Shown: positions 37,536-47,405, counted from the stretch's first letter. The stretch: 64,000 nucleotides of DNA from an uncultured virus (IMG/VR IMGVR_UViG_3300041405_000400) (IMGVR_UViG_3300041405_000400); one strand, 5' to 3'. Made by a program: numbers and translations. The notes: a model not told the origin generated them from the sequence alone.

Positions 37536-39100
37536 TGAGTCTCCCTGTGGTATATCTAGGGATTCTGAAGGTGAATCATCCGGGGTTTCAGGTGAGTGCC
37601 TGCTGTGACCGAATGCAATCCTTCTTTGACGTACCATCCGCTCTGCCGGTAGATACCGGGGCTGTGACTTACGCCACAACGCTTGCAGATTGATCTTTCC
37701 ATAGTCCGGTACGTCGCAGCACAGACTCCTGATCTGCCAGCATCTGAGCGATACTGGAGGGGCTATGGGTGTTTCCATCAGTGCAACACGCCAACAGTGC
37801 CGAATAAACGTCCCTTTGAATCAGCCCGTTGCCATCACCCAGCGCGTGCCAACGCAAGGACAGGGGTTTCTTCGTGTAGGAATCGGTGCAGTGATCGTAC
37901 TGCGACATTTTGAGCTTCCAGGTATTCAGTTCAATCATCTTGCCGCCAGCACTTTCAGCCTTGCGTTTCAGATGTTGAACAAAATAGCCCGGTGCCCTGT
38001 TTTTCACTGACTTTCCAAAAGACTTCTGAAAAGCCCGGTAGGACAATTTTTCGAGGTGCCAAATGTTGGCTTGACTGAGCAAGCGATTTACTAGTTGGCC
38101 GTGCTCATTCCGGCGTCGAGCCTGCAAAGTGCGTTCGATGTTTGCGATCCGCTGCCGCAGTGTGATCAATCGGCTTGATTGATTCGTGATACGTTGACCG
38201 CTGATCCAGAGGCCTTTCTTATCAAAGCACTGTGGATTGGTGGAACGCACGGAGCGGTCTGCCTTGCGCTGCAACCGCCGCAGAGTTTTGGCGCAAGGCA
38301 CAACGCCAGGACAAAAAGTTTGCAGTGTGGCACCTGACTCGGTGAAGCTGGCCACTGTCGAAGGTCCGATATCCAGTCCGCCGTGGGCGTTGACCGATAG
38401 ACTGGTGGGAGGGGCTTGACCTTCGAGGATCAGCTGGACGAAATAGCGAGTTTTACCCTTAATATTGCGCCATAGAACCCGCGAGAATTTCACTCGGTTT
38501 TTCAATGCATCATCGAGGAACGGGTCTTTACCCGGTGTAGGCAGAATCACAGGCATCAACAAGCCAGCCCATAGCAAGCAGGCGGTTTCGGACTGATAGC
38601 GAATGGCTGAAGCAGCACTTTTACCTTCTAGCGAATGCAGGGGTCGTTTTAGGCCTTTGAAGCGAGGTAGGCTGCGCTTCTTGTAGGAGTGCTGTTCAAG
38701 AGCAAAGAACACACGCTTCGCCAGTGTCTGCGGCTCATGAGCACCGAGGTGGTCGCGCCAAAGTCGGTTCTTAAGGCGTGTGCCAAAGGCAGAAAGGGCG
38801 TACTCAGAAAAACCGTAAGTTTCACGCAGCTGTTTATAGCCAGATCTTTTTGTCTGCACATCTTTTCTGTCGCGAAGGGTTGCCCATAGTGGATCACTAC
38901 GCATGGCAGAAAGTCTTCGGATACCCTCTGCAAGCAGGGCGTTGTAGAGCCTCTTGCCTGCCTCAAATCGCTTACGCATCACTGCCGAGTCGCGACCTTT
39001 TGTCACGAGCGGTAGCGTTATAATGAAACTGGAAGTTGAGGCTTTTTTCATCCGGTTTTACACTTTCAGCTCGACGAAGAAGAGTACAAACAAAGGCTGT
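37536..39100 (-). mobile_element. IS200/IS605-family tnpB-only (IS1341-like) element; boundaries approximate
   Basis: tnpB followed by a structured tail ending TCCCT...AGGGAGACTCA; no tnpA. Confidence 0.65.
37669..39051 (-). CDS. tnpB: RNA-guided endonuclease TnpB
   Basis: RuvC motifs GLDIGP, HLEKL and QRDVYSA; LYNALL N-terminal helix. Confidence 0.88.
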   Translation of the reverse strand: MKKASTSSFIITLPLVTKGRDSAVMRKRFEAGKRLYNALLAEGIRRLSAMRSDPLWATLRDRKDVQTKRSGYKQLRETYGFSEYALSAFGTRLKNRLWRDHLGAHEPQTLAKRVFFALEQHSYKKRSLPRFKGLKRPLHSLEGKSAASAIRYQSETACLLWAGLLMPVILPTPGKDPFLDDALKNRVKFSRVLWRNIKGKTRYFVQLILEGQAPPTSLSVNAHGGLDIGPSTVASFTESGATLQTFCPGVVPCAKTLRRLQRKADRSVRSTNPQCFDKKGLWISGQRITNQSSRLITLRQRIANIERTLQARRRNEHGQLVNRLLSQANIWHLEKLSYRAFQKSFGKSVKNRAPGYFVQHLKRKAESAGGKMIELNTWKLKMSQYDHCTDSYTKKPLSLRWHALGDGNGLIQRDVYSALLACCTDGNTHSPSSIAQMLADQESVLRRTGLWKDQSASVVA

Positions 39101-39220
39101 TACTATCTAAATTTGGCTTGATCTTAAATATAGGAAAGGAGTTGTAATAGTCAATAGTGTTTTATGTCAATTATTTTTTATGAATGAATCAGGATGCTTG
39201 TGAGGCACCTCTGTTTGCCC

Positions 39221-39297
39221 TGGAGCCGGTGACAGGAATCGAACCTGCATAACGATGATTTGCAATCATCAGCCTAGCCTTTCAGCAACACACCGGC
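39221..39297 (-). tRNA. tRNA-Cys(GCA), with 2 extra nt before the D-stem
   Basis: GATGA-TTGCAAA-TCATC, U73, CCA. Confidence 0.88.
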
Positions 39298-39539
39298 ATG
39301 CTCTTTTCAACTGATTAGGCAATCATTTAAGCCGTGCTTTTATGATTCCCACTTCAGTCTATATTCTTGAACTTATGGTTAATATTCAGAAGGGTGAGCG
39401 TCAAATCTCACCCTCCTCGCCCGTTCTCAGGCGAACAACTGGATATGTTCAGTTGCCAATCCCTTATTACAGCACAGGGTCTGCCTCCCAATATTATGGC
39501 AAACGGGAGCACCTATTCACGGAAACCATCCGCAAAAAC

Positions 39540-39616
39540 TGGCTGGCGATGCTGGGCTCGAACCAGCGACCTAATGATTAACAGTCATTTGCTACTACCA
39601 ACTGAGCTAATCGCCA
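39540..39616 (-). tRNA. tRNA-Asn(GUU)
   Basis: AATGA-CTGTTAA-TCATT, G73, CCA. Confidence 0.95.
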
Positions 39617-40131
39617 ACATAAACTCTAAAGATGTATTCGTGTAACACCGAAATTGTGGGTCTCCAATCGGCCAAGAAAAACAGTGTTACGCGAATACAG
39701 CCTTTCACCTCTGCATTCGGTCTTCTCTCAGACTGTCACGGCACTGCCTTCCGTCCTAGGGCTCCACCCACACTTCTCGCGCTTAGCCACTTCGCTTTTT
39801 AGGCTACTGAGCTGTCGGATAAAGTGCCCTCGGAGTTGACTGCAAACATAGAGTCATGTCTCTATTGGCTAACTGCAACCCATTTCTACAAGAGAACTAG
39901 GCCAGCGGAATTGAACCGCTCAGGGCTCATAGCAGGCTTTTTTCGGCTTCATGTGCGCACAATCGGCTTACTACCCCTGCTACTTTACCATTTGCATTTG
40001 AAAGTGTTCTTGTCAGAAGTCTTTCAAATGCAAACACGCATAAAATAGAACTCTATCTGCAATATAATCCAAATACGAGCCTGGATTATAATGTGTCAGA
40101 GCTTGCACCCTGACCGGAGTCAAAATGTCGG

Positions 40132-40521
40132 TCAGTCTTCTCGGACAAACCTGAAGCCTTTAACCGCTGCGAAATCTGGCACATGGTCGCCATTATAAAT
40201 CAGCTTCCACTTCTTGTTAGCCAGCTCTTCCAAATGAAACATGCGCTTATCAGTTTTAACCGCTACGGGCTTGATCATTTCGAATTCGCCCAGACCTCTT
40301 ATTGAAAATTTGCCGTTTGACAAGTCAATCGACTCAACATCAACAATGTCTTTTACATCCGATTCGTCGTTCGAGAAAAAGCATGTGTTAAAGGTCAATC
40401 GCCATGTCCCATCTGGAAGTTCATCCAAGTGAAACAAGTTTTTACGGATTTTAACTGCTGTTACACCACTCAATTCGAGTGTAATGTCAGTTCCAGCCAG
40501 CTCAATTGCCCTTCGAAACAT
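40132..40521 (-). CDS. hypothetical protein with an internal repeat
   Basis: FHLDEL...WRLTFN / FHLEEL...WKLIYN. Confidence 0.75.
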   Translation of the reverse strand: MFRRAIELAGTDITLELSGVTAVKIRKNLFHLDELPDGTWRLTFNTCFFSNDESDVKDIVDVESIDLSNGKFSIRGLGEFEMIKPVAVKTDKRMFHLEELANKKWKLIYNGDHVPDFAAVKGFRFVRED

Positions 40522-40569
40522 GCTTATCCCTTTAAAACTAGAGTGGTCATATAGACCACTCTTTTTATT

Positions 40570-40657
40570 TGGCGGAGGCGAAGAGATTCGAACTCTTGGA
40601 CCTGTTACAGTCGGCAGTTTTCAAGACTGCTGCCTTAAACCACTCGGCCACACCTCC
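40570..40657 (-). tRNA. tRNA-Ser(UGA)
   Basis: GCAGT-CTTGAAA-ACTGC, long variable arm, G73, CCA. Confidence 0.97.
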
Positions 40658-40846
40658 AAACTTTTTAGAGCTATTGACTCATCATCAAGAGTTTCTGTTT
40701 CCAGTCACTCTGGATCATAAGTCAACTACGCCTATTATTAAACCGGGCGAAGCGGTTACCTCTTGCTACCACTGGTAGCCGAGCAACAAGAGTTTGGAAT
40801 TTGCTAGCTGTTTTAGTTTCTAGCTGGTTCCGAATCCTATGTCGCT

Positions 40847-40875
40847 ATAATAATCATCTAAGCATCATGTGTCAA
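40847..40875 (-). promoter_or_regulatory. sigma70 promoter of the Ser/Asn/Cys tRNA operon
   Basis: TTGACA-17-TATTAT. Confidence 0.75.
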
Positions 40876-40892
40876 TAAGAATCTCAACTATT

Positions 40893-41774
40893 TTAATCCT
40901 TTAGAAACATTCCGCAGCTCGCTTTTACATCAAAGCCGACTTTTGGCACGATTCTCCAACTTTCTGCCTTGATCAGCGAGCGCAGGATCTCGGTATTGCG
41001 CTGAATGACCTCTTCGCACGGCTCCTTTCCATATTTTGCTGAATACGGGTTATAGCGAACGATGTTCAGGTTCACCTTCAGGTCGCGCTCGTTGATCGCA
41101 TTGGCAATGGCGACCATATCAGCTTCAGAGTCATTCTCGCCTTCGATGAATGCGAAATGAATCTTTGGCACTTTATGACTGAAATCTTGCCATGCCTTGA
41201 GCATATCGAGGCCATGTTCAGCCGTGTGCGCTCGGGCCAGCCAACGCTTACGGAACGATGGGTTCATGCTGTAGATCGAGTAATAGATCTCTGGATGCAC
41301 CTCTGGAAAAATGTCTTCCAGTCGCAAGTCACCCATCGAGGTTGGAAAAATAGACGACACCAGGAATTTGGATTCCAGGCCATAGGTTTGCGACTTCGCT
41401 GCCAGTCCATTGAGCAATTGCGCGCTGTCACTCAGCAGCAAAGGGTTGTTCAGTGGCTCCCCCCTGGCCATGAAGTTCCAGTGGATGAGCTTGGCCGGAG
41501 CTTGGGTGTCGTAATGCTCCAAGATGCGTTCGGCCTGCTGCATGAAGTCGTCCATTTCAGCATTGTCGAATTGATTCTGGCCGGTCGATGTCAGGTGGCA
41601 AAATCGGCACGCTTGATCGCAGCCAGATTGCGAGGACAGGTAGCCAATGATGTACTCAGGCACCCGACGAACGTAACGGTTTTCATAGCGACCGACATTC
41701 GGCGCAGGGTACTCAAAGTTGACCGACTGATCCTGCTGACTGAAGTGGGCTTTGAAAATGATGTTCTGGCTCAT
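40893..41774 (-). CDS. RlmN/Cfr-like radical SAM protein
   Basis: SSQSGCDQACRFC, MARGEP, GENDS, DVKASCG. Confidence 0.88.
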   Translation of the reverse strand: MSQNIIFKAHFSQQDQSVNFEYPAPNVGRYENRYVRRVPEYIIGYLSSQSGCDQACRFCHLTSTGQNQFDNAEMDDFMQQAERILEHYDTQAPAKLIHWNFMARGEPLNNPLLLSDSAQLLNGLAAKSQTYGLESKFLVSSIFPTSMGDLRLEDIFPEVHPEIYYSIYSMNPSFRKRWLARAHTAEHGLDMLKAWQDFSHKVPKIHFAFIEGENDSEADMVAIANAINERDLKVNLNIVRYNPYSAKYGKEPCEEVIQRNTEILRSLIKAESWRIVPKVGFDVKASCGMFLKD

Positions 41775-41863
41775 GCGTGCCTCGGTATATTTTGTTTGTG
41801 TGATTATAGCTTGGCTTTGAAGATTTTCAATTTTTCATTGAGTCGAGTGCCAGCGGATGAGAT

Positions 41864-42139
41864 TTAATTCAGGGCTTCTGCTGCACTCTCAATTGCATCA
41901 TTTCTCATGCGTTCAATCGAGGTAATTAGTTTTGCCTTCGTCTCTGTAAAAGGCAAATCATGATCTAGGAAATATTGAACGGCCAAACAATGTGCGAAGA
42001 TCGGTATTTGAGCATCAGTAATATCTTTTAGCCCATTTTCATCCACGGCTAATTCTTCCGGGTTCCAGAAAAAAGGCTCCCTGCCCTGCATTGCTGGCAT
42101 AAGCGGTTCCAATTTTGGAGTGAATGGAATTTTCTGCAT
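41864..42139 (-). CDS. hypothetical protein
   Basis: ORF in a minus-strand run. Confidence 0.6.
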   Translation of the reverse strand: MQKIPFTPKLEPLMPAMQGREPFFWNPEELAVDENGLKDITDAQIPIFAHCLAVQYFLDHDLPFTETKAKLITSIERMRNDAIESAAEALN

Positions 42140-42183
42140 ATTATGGGTGCTCGTTGAGTGGGTTGATTGAGATTCTTCGTCGA

Positions 42184-43149
42184 TCAGATTGAGGGCGATG
42201 AACGTTTTTGATTCAGTGATTGAGTTTGTTCGTAGCGCTTCGCAGCCTGTGGATTTACACCTAGGCTGGTCATGTCCAGGGCGTTGTGGTCAACGGCACG
42301 GTCGTGATCGATCAATTTACGCAACGCTTGAGGCACATCCACTTCTGCGGTTGGGCGATATTTCTGCTCAATGTTCTGCATGGCGGTGGCCAGGGTATCG
42401 ATCTGCGCCTGTAGATCCTTGCAGGACTTTTCAATTTCGTTGTACGGAGTAACGAATCTGTTTCGCTGATCAATGCACATACGCTCGGCATCGTCGAGTT
42501 TCTGCATATTGAAAATAGACATAAAATCGATGATCGGCTCAATGGTAAAATCCAGAACGGTGTCAATCACTGACAAGCCCAGCACATTCTTATCGCTGGT
42601 GCGCTGTTCTTTGAGGGCGTCTTGAAAGGCATTGGCGTGAGCGAACGCTCTGGAAACGTCATCTTGAGCGCTGCTGGTATCTAGGGCTGAAATAACGGAG
42701 AAGACCTTGTTGTTGGAGATCGCGTCTGTAAATTCGCTCCAATAGGCACTGTTACAAGATGCGGCAGCTTTGTCCAGATGGGCCACGGCGGTATCGCCCA
42801 GGCCTTTCAGCTCATAAAGCGGTGCAACAGCAGCCTCAAGGTTCTGGCGTTTTGCAAGCAAATCACCCCATGTCTTGCTGTCGGCTGGTTGAGCTTCGAT
42901 AAGCTCCACGACGCGCTGATCAAGCCAAAGCTGAGTCGATTCACGGGATGACTGCTCAATCGTGCTAAATCGCTCCTGAGCGGCCTTCAGTCCTTTCTCC
43001 GCAGGAGTGTCCATCACCGCATCAACGATTTGCCCCCAGAGGCCAGTCCGAGACTGTTTATCTGATACAACGCCCTGCTCTGCTTGAGCAAGGTCTGAAG
43101 CAGCCGCACTAAAAGTCTTGCTGATGGCGTGAATTGATGGGCTGCTCAT
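42184..43149 (-). CDS. helical/coiled-coil hypothetical protein
   Basis: AAGGA RBS, 321 aa. Confidence 0.8.
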   Translation of the reverse strand: MSSPSIHAISKTFSAAASDLAQAEQGVVSDKQSRTGLWGQIVDAVMDTPAEKGLKAAQERFSTIEQSSRESTQLWLDQRVVELIEAQPADSKTWGDLLAKRQNLEAAVAPLYELKGLGDTAVAHLDKAAASCNSAYWSEFTDAISNNKVFSVISALDTSSAQDDVSRAFAHANAFQDALKEQRTSDKNVLGLSVIDTVLDFTIEPIIDFMSIFNMQKLDDAERMCIDQRNRFVTPYNEIEKSCKDLQAQIDTLATAMQNIEQKYRPTAEVDVPQALRKLIDHDRAVDHNALDMTSLGVNPQAAKRYEQTQSLNQKRSSPSI

Positions 43150-43182
43150 TAATAATCCTTTAAATAAAAAAATTATATCACA

Positions 43183-43207
43183 GAAAAAAGGCCGCTTTCG
43201 CGACCTT
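43183..43207 (-). terminator. intrinsic terminator
   Basis: AGGTCGC-GAAA-GCGGCCTTTTTT. Confidence 0.8.
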
Positions 43208-43619
43208 GGGTATTACGAGCAACCGGGGATTTTCTTAGATCACTCTAAGAACCGCAATCAAGGCAGGCTCTATGCGGTTTTCTTCCGCATACTATTGAGT
43301 GTGCCATGACGCTGCCCCGCTTACCGCCACAACTGAACTTTCGCATGGGCTTGGTACTTGTTCAATCGTCACTTATCACTAACATTTCCGACAAATAACA
43401 AGTGATCACAGTTATCTGACCGTGGCCCACACCAGATTATGGTTACCTCTTTAATTTTCCTGGGATGCTGGCCCAGGCCGTCTTATCTAAACAATGCAGG
43501 GAAAAAACGGAACCCAGCCATTGTACACCGTCTTTTATGCTTCACGCTCAGATCGTATTGACGGTAGTCAGTCAACGATCCATCCCATAGCGTGAAGGTT
43601 TGCGGAATACACCGCAAAT

Positions 43620-43850
43620 TCAGATCATGACCCAGCGATACCCATCTGCAATCATGGCGTCAATTGTTGCCAGATGTTCTTCGTATTGAGCACCACCTTT
43701 GCCCTCAAAGGAATTCTCAAGAAGCCAATCACGGTAAAACTGTGTGGGGTTTCCAGAGTTGAGTGCGGCTTTCGTTACAGTGGTAGGTGTCTGAAAAACA
43801 ACATCAAAATTAACAATCTTGCCCTTTTGCAAAGCGAGATTCATGCTCAT
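43620..43850 (-). CDS. small hypothetical protein
   Basis: GAGG RBS before ATG 43850. Confidence 0.7.
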   Translation of the reverse strand: MSMNLALQKGKIVNFDVVFQTPTTVTKAALNSGNPTQFYRDWLLENSFEGKGGAQYEEHLATIDAMIADGYRWVMI

Positions 43851-44292
43851 GTTGCTACTACCTCTATAGCGTAAAATTTCGAGCGTGGCGCAGTAGACGC
43901 CTTGCTGGTCGAGTATTAGCTCAGCCAGCGCTGGATTGCAATCCCCAGAGTTCTTAACCACCATCGGCTTTATCTTTACCTTCTAAAAGCCGAAAAAACG
44001 CCAGCTTTACTTAGAAGCTGATGAAAGCGTCGATGTTCCTCATCTCAAAGGCCCCGATTTTCACAGTTCGGGGTTCTGATTTGCTGTCTACTCAGCAAAA
44101 TTCCGGATGCAGTGTTGCTGCAAACATTGACCAAAGCAGAGCCTCCCTAAAGTATCGCTATACATAAAACCGAAACTTAATGTACTTACGATGACTTTTC
44201 GGGAGGACTGCAAACTTGCCTTGCGGCGAACTCTTACTGGGTGCGAAAGTAGTACTTTCTGACCACAATAACTGGTCTTACACCTTTTAAAA

Positions 44293-44369
44293 TGGTCCGA
44301 GAGGAGGGACTTGAACCCCCGACCACCCGTTTATGAGACAGACGCTCTAACCAACTGAGCTACCCTCGG
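44293..44369 (-). tRNA. tRNA-Met/Ile2(CAU)
   Basis: TCTGT-CTCATAA-ACGGG, A73, CCA; Met versus Ile2 identity unresolved. Confidence 0.92.
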
Positions 44370-44376
44370 ACAACAC

Positions 44377-44450
44377 TGGAGCGGATAGCGGGAATCGAAC
44401 CCGCGTCATTAGCTTGGAAGGCTAAGGTTCTACCATTTAACTATATCCGC
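44377..44450 (-). tRNA. tRNA-Gly(UCC)
   Basis: TTAGC-CTTCCAA-GCTAA, U73, CCA. Confidence 0.97.
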
Positions 44451-44500
44451 TTAAACCCTGCGAAACTTAGCGTCTGCTTCATCTCGACTTGATGCTGGCT

Positions 44501-44529
44501 ATGATATCGAAGTAACTATCACCTGTCAA
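44501..44529 (-). promoter_or_regulatory. sigma70 promoter of the Gly/Met tRNA operon
   Basis: TTGACA-17-TATCAT. Confidence 0.75.
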
Positions 44530-44658
44530 CATTTATTTTCTATTAAATTCAACAACTTGCGTGAATCTTGAAAATAATGGCCAGACCGTCATCATGCAAC
44601 ATCCATGAGAGGGGATCTGGCTCTGTTGTACTTATCGTAACTATAATTTCGAGTTAAG

Positions 44659-45429
44659 TCAACGCTTTGCAGCTATTTCTTTGACGGTGTAGCCAAATCC
44701 CTCGACCCACTCTCGATAGATTGCTGTTTCGTACTGCCGGGTGGCCGTAAGAAAATTGCGGTTCTGTGACCCCAGGTTTTCCAGAAGCGCTGCCAAGGCA
44801 ACGGCAGGCGCATCCATCTTTTGGCAAGGGATCGTGTCCATGACCGCATGGCTACTGAGGCTGACCATCGCCGCCTGATCAGCTTCGATGCTGCCAAGGA
44901 ATTCGATGGTTGAGCTTTTCCCAAATGTCCGCTCGGCTTGCTCATTTGTTCGAATGCACCTGACGACATCCACCATTAGGTATGGATTGGACTCCAGTAT
45001 GTCCAGTGCATCAGTCCAGATGGTGAACATGTACACGGATGTGCCGCCCTGAGGCTCATGTGGCGCAGGATGCTTGCTCTTGGTGATGCTGAGGCCTTCG
45101 TCATGGAAATGCTTGCGCATCGGACTGATATACCCTTCGAATCCCCTGCCCTGTGGCGGATTTTTGCCAAACATTGGTGAGAAAAACATCAGCATCTGGT
45201 TGTTCACGTACAGGGTCGTTTTCCCGCTGGTATGGTAGTGCTGCGAGAAGACAATGTTTTTCTCAGCCATATCGACGCGGCGTTCAGATGACCAGGGTTC
45301 GTTGGCATCAAACAGCTTTGGCAGGGTGTCGCTACGGTTCATGTAGTTGTACATGGTGTGCGAGAAATCGAGCTTATCGATCTCATCAAGGCCCTCATTC
45401 CTCACAGCCATTAGCACCAAGTTGCCCAT
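44659..45429 (-). CDS. hypothetical protein
   Basis: GAGG RBS, own promoter. Confidence 0.8.
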   Translation of the reverse strand: MGNLVLMAVRNEGLDEIDKLDFSHTMYNYMNRSDTLPKLFDANEPWSSERRVDMAEKNIVFSQHYHTSGKTTLYVNNQMLMFFSPMFGKNPPQGRGFEGYISPMRKHFHDEGLSITKSKHPAPHEPQGGTSVYMFTIWTDALDILESNPYLMVDVVRCIRTNEQAERTFGKSSTIEFLGSIEADQAAMVSLSSHAVMDTIPCQKMDAPAVALAALLENLGSQNRNFLTATRQYETAIYREWVEGFGYTVKEIAAKR

Positions 45430-45511
45430 CTGTTCTGCCTCTGATGTTTTTTGACATTGTACGTTTCACTACCCCAGTGTCAATAGTAATGACATGGCGT
45501 GAGTCGTGCAA

Positions 45512-45937
45512 TTAACTCGAATGGGGGGCGCTTACAGATTCCCATTTCAGGGTTTCTGTAGTTGATGTATTTGAGCGCTGATAATCCTTGAGCATTTCGC
45601 TGTAACGACAATTACTAAAGTCGTACCGGCAGTGTGCGTTAATTATGTCAAGGAGAAGTGCCTTACTTTTATTACTCGAAAGTTCTTTAAAAGCATCGAG
45701 GTCTTCCTTTTTCTTTTCAAGAACAAAATTGCTATTGCATTCGATCCCGGAGTTTTGACCGCAATAAACGCGTTCTACGTTTTGATTGATAAAGGAGATA
45801 ACGGCATCTCGATTCTCGGCAGTGTCAGAAAAACCCGATGGACTGATGAGGTCAATGCCTTGCGCTTGGCAGGTTGTCGCGGCCATCATTGAAATGAATG
45901 CGAATGACAACGTGGTGATAATATTTTTCCCGTTCAA
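45512..45937 (-). CDS. secreted Cys-containing protein
   Basis: signal peptide, TTG start. Confidence 0.7.
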   Translation of the reverse strand: MNGKNIITTLSFAFISMMAATTCQAQGIDLISPSGFSDTAENRDAVISFINQNVERVYCGQNSGIECNSNFVLEKKKEDLDAFKELSSNKSKALLLDIINAHCRYDFSNCRYSEMLKDYQRSNTSTTETLKWESVSAPHSS

Positions 45938-45964
45938 AGTCTTTCTCCCAAAAGGCCGTGTTTG

Positions 45965-46636
45965 TTAGTCTTTAGATGGTTCATCACTGTCTGAAATAGG
46001 AGTGCCTGTCTGCTCAAGTCGCTCAGTCAACAATTCCGTCACTTCATCATTATCCTCTGGATCGAAGAGGTCGATGTCCATATAGACCGAAAAAAGAAGC
46101 TGATCGAGCGATATTTCCACAGTGTTTTGCGCAAAAACGGTCGCGATATTTTTCGGCTGCTTTTCACAAACCATATTGGGATTTGGCTGACGGTCGATAA
46201 TCTCGGCGTTCCGAATTTCGATAGGTAGATACAACAAGTCTTTGAGGTTCAGGAGGCCGAGGGAAACGTCTCCCTGTGGGGTAACGCCCCATAGATTGAC
46301 CTGCTCTTGAACCGAGTAAAGCTCCGTACGAGTGACATCCGTTGTCTTTTGCAGTACCAGATGGGTAATTTGATCATTGCCAGGGTTGGTAATTAGGCCA
46401 ATGCGTGGTTTCGCTGCGACCGACAGGCGCAAAAACTCATCACCCCAATTGGACAACTTGAGCAGATCCGGATAATTGATCAGGAGCAGTTTTATCGTGC
46501 GAAGAGTAAATGATGCGGCATTATCGAAGTCGATGTGTTCACTGATGACCGACAGTACATTGTCTTTGTTGACCAGAGTCGCATCGTCATCCAGGCGGCT
46601 CAGCAGACCGGATTTACAATCGAGTTTCAGCATCAT
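45965..46636 (-). CDS. hypothetical protein
   Basis: GAGGA RBS. Confidence 0.8.
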   Translation of the reverse strand: MMLKLDCKSGLLSRLDDDATLVNKDNVLSVISEHIDFDNAASFTLRTIKLLLINYPDLLKLSNWGDEFLRLSVAAKPRIGLITNPGNDQITHLVLQKTTDVTRTELYSVQEQVNLWGVTPQGDVSLGLLNLKDLLYLPIEIRNAEIIDRQPNPNMVCEKQPKNIATVFAQNTVEISLDQLLFSVYMDIDLFDPEDNDEVTELLTERLEQTGTPISDSDEPSKD

Positions 46637-46745
46637 TTAATCCTCAAGTCATTTGACATCGTACGGCTCATCTGGTCATCGCGTCAATTTGCTGACATTG
46701 TGTTTAAACCACTACCCAGAGCCCTGCCCCCTCCGGGTGACCGCC

Positions 46746-47351
46746 TTATCGATCTATGGAGGCAATCAGTTTTGGGGCCAGATCGTAACTGTAAACGGCA
46801 ATCATGTGTCCCCAGCTGTCAAAGCCCTCATGTGAGGTGTTAGCAAGTACAACTGGGTCGGTCAGCACGATGCTCAGTGCGCGAGCGGCGAAGCTGTCCA
46901 GCCGATTAAAAAAGCTGTCATCACTGCGCTTGAGTTTTTCAACAAGCATGGCATCAGCCACTTCCATTGGTTTATCACCAATCAGGCTGCTCCAGTTATT
47001 TCCCTCGCTCCAGTCATGCGTCATCTCTTCGGTATAAACTTGCAGGCTTCGCTCTGCAAAAATGGCCAGCGGGGTCTTGGCTCCATACTTCCCACACTCT
47101 TCGCCGACAGGCCAGAAATCGCTCAACGGCCAGCCGTTATATACCTCGGTGGCGTCCATGGAGGAGGAGACATCAATCTCAAAACCTTCGCTGTATCGCC
47201 CACGGGTAATACCCACGACGAACATGTCATACGGGTAGTCGCTTTGGTACTCGGCATCGAGGTCAAGTTTGACTTGCTGACCGATGAAGGGCGTACAGCC
47301 GAATCGCTCTTTCCAGAACGCCAACGCCTCGGTAAAATTATTTTTCATCAT
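46746..47351 (-). CDS. hypothetical protein
   Basis: 201-aa ORF. Confidence 0.75.
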   Translation of the reverse strand: MMKNNFTEALAFWKERFGCTPFIGQQVKLDLDAEYQSDYPYDMFVVGITRGRYSEGFEIDVSSSMDATEVYNGWPLSDFWPVGEECGKYGAKTPLAIFAERSLQVYTEEMTHDWSEGNNWSSLIGDKPMEVADAMLVEKLKRSDDSFFNRLDSFAARALSIVLTDPVVLANTSHEGFDSWGHMIAVYSYDLAPKLIASIDR

Positions 47352-47405
47352 GAGCCCTAACGTTAATCGATGGGAAAAAGCCGCATGTACTACGGCCCTT
47401 TTGGC

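Noticed and set aside
37317..37778. 153-aa ORF downstream of tnpB
   Set aside because: Overlaps tnpB and the expected omega-RNA/right end; no RBS
39890..40090. tmRNA or RNase P RNA
   Set aside because: T-arm present but no G3-U70 acceptor with CCA or tag ORF; no GAGGAAAGTCC signature
40570..40657. Selenocysteine or opal suppressor tRNA
   Set aside because: Anticodon UGA reads UCA (Ser); the structure is canonical tRNA-Ser
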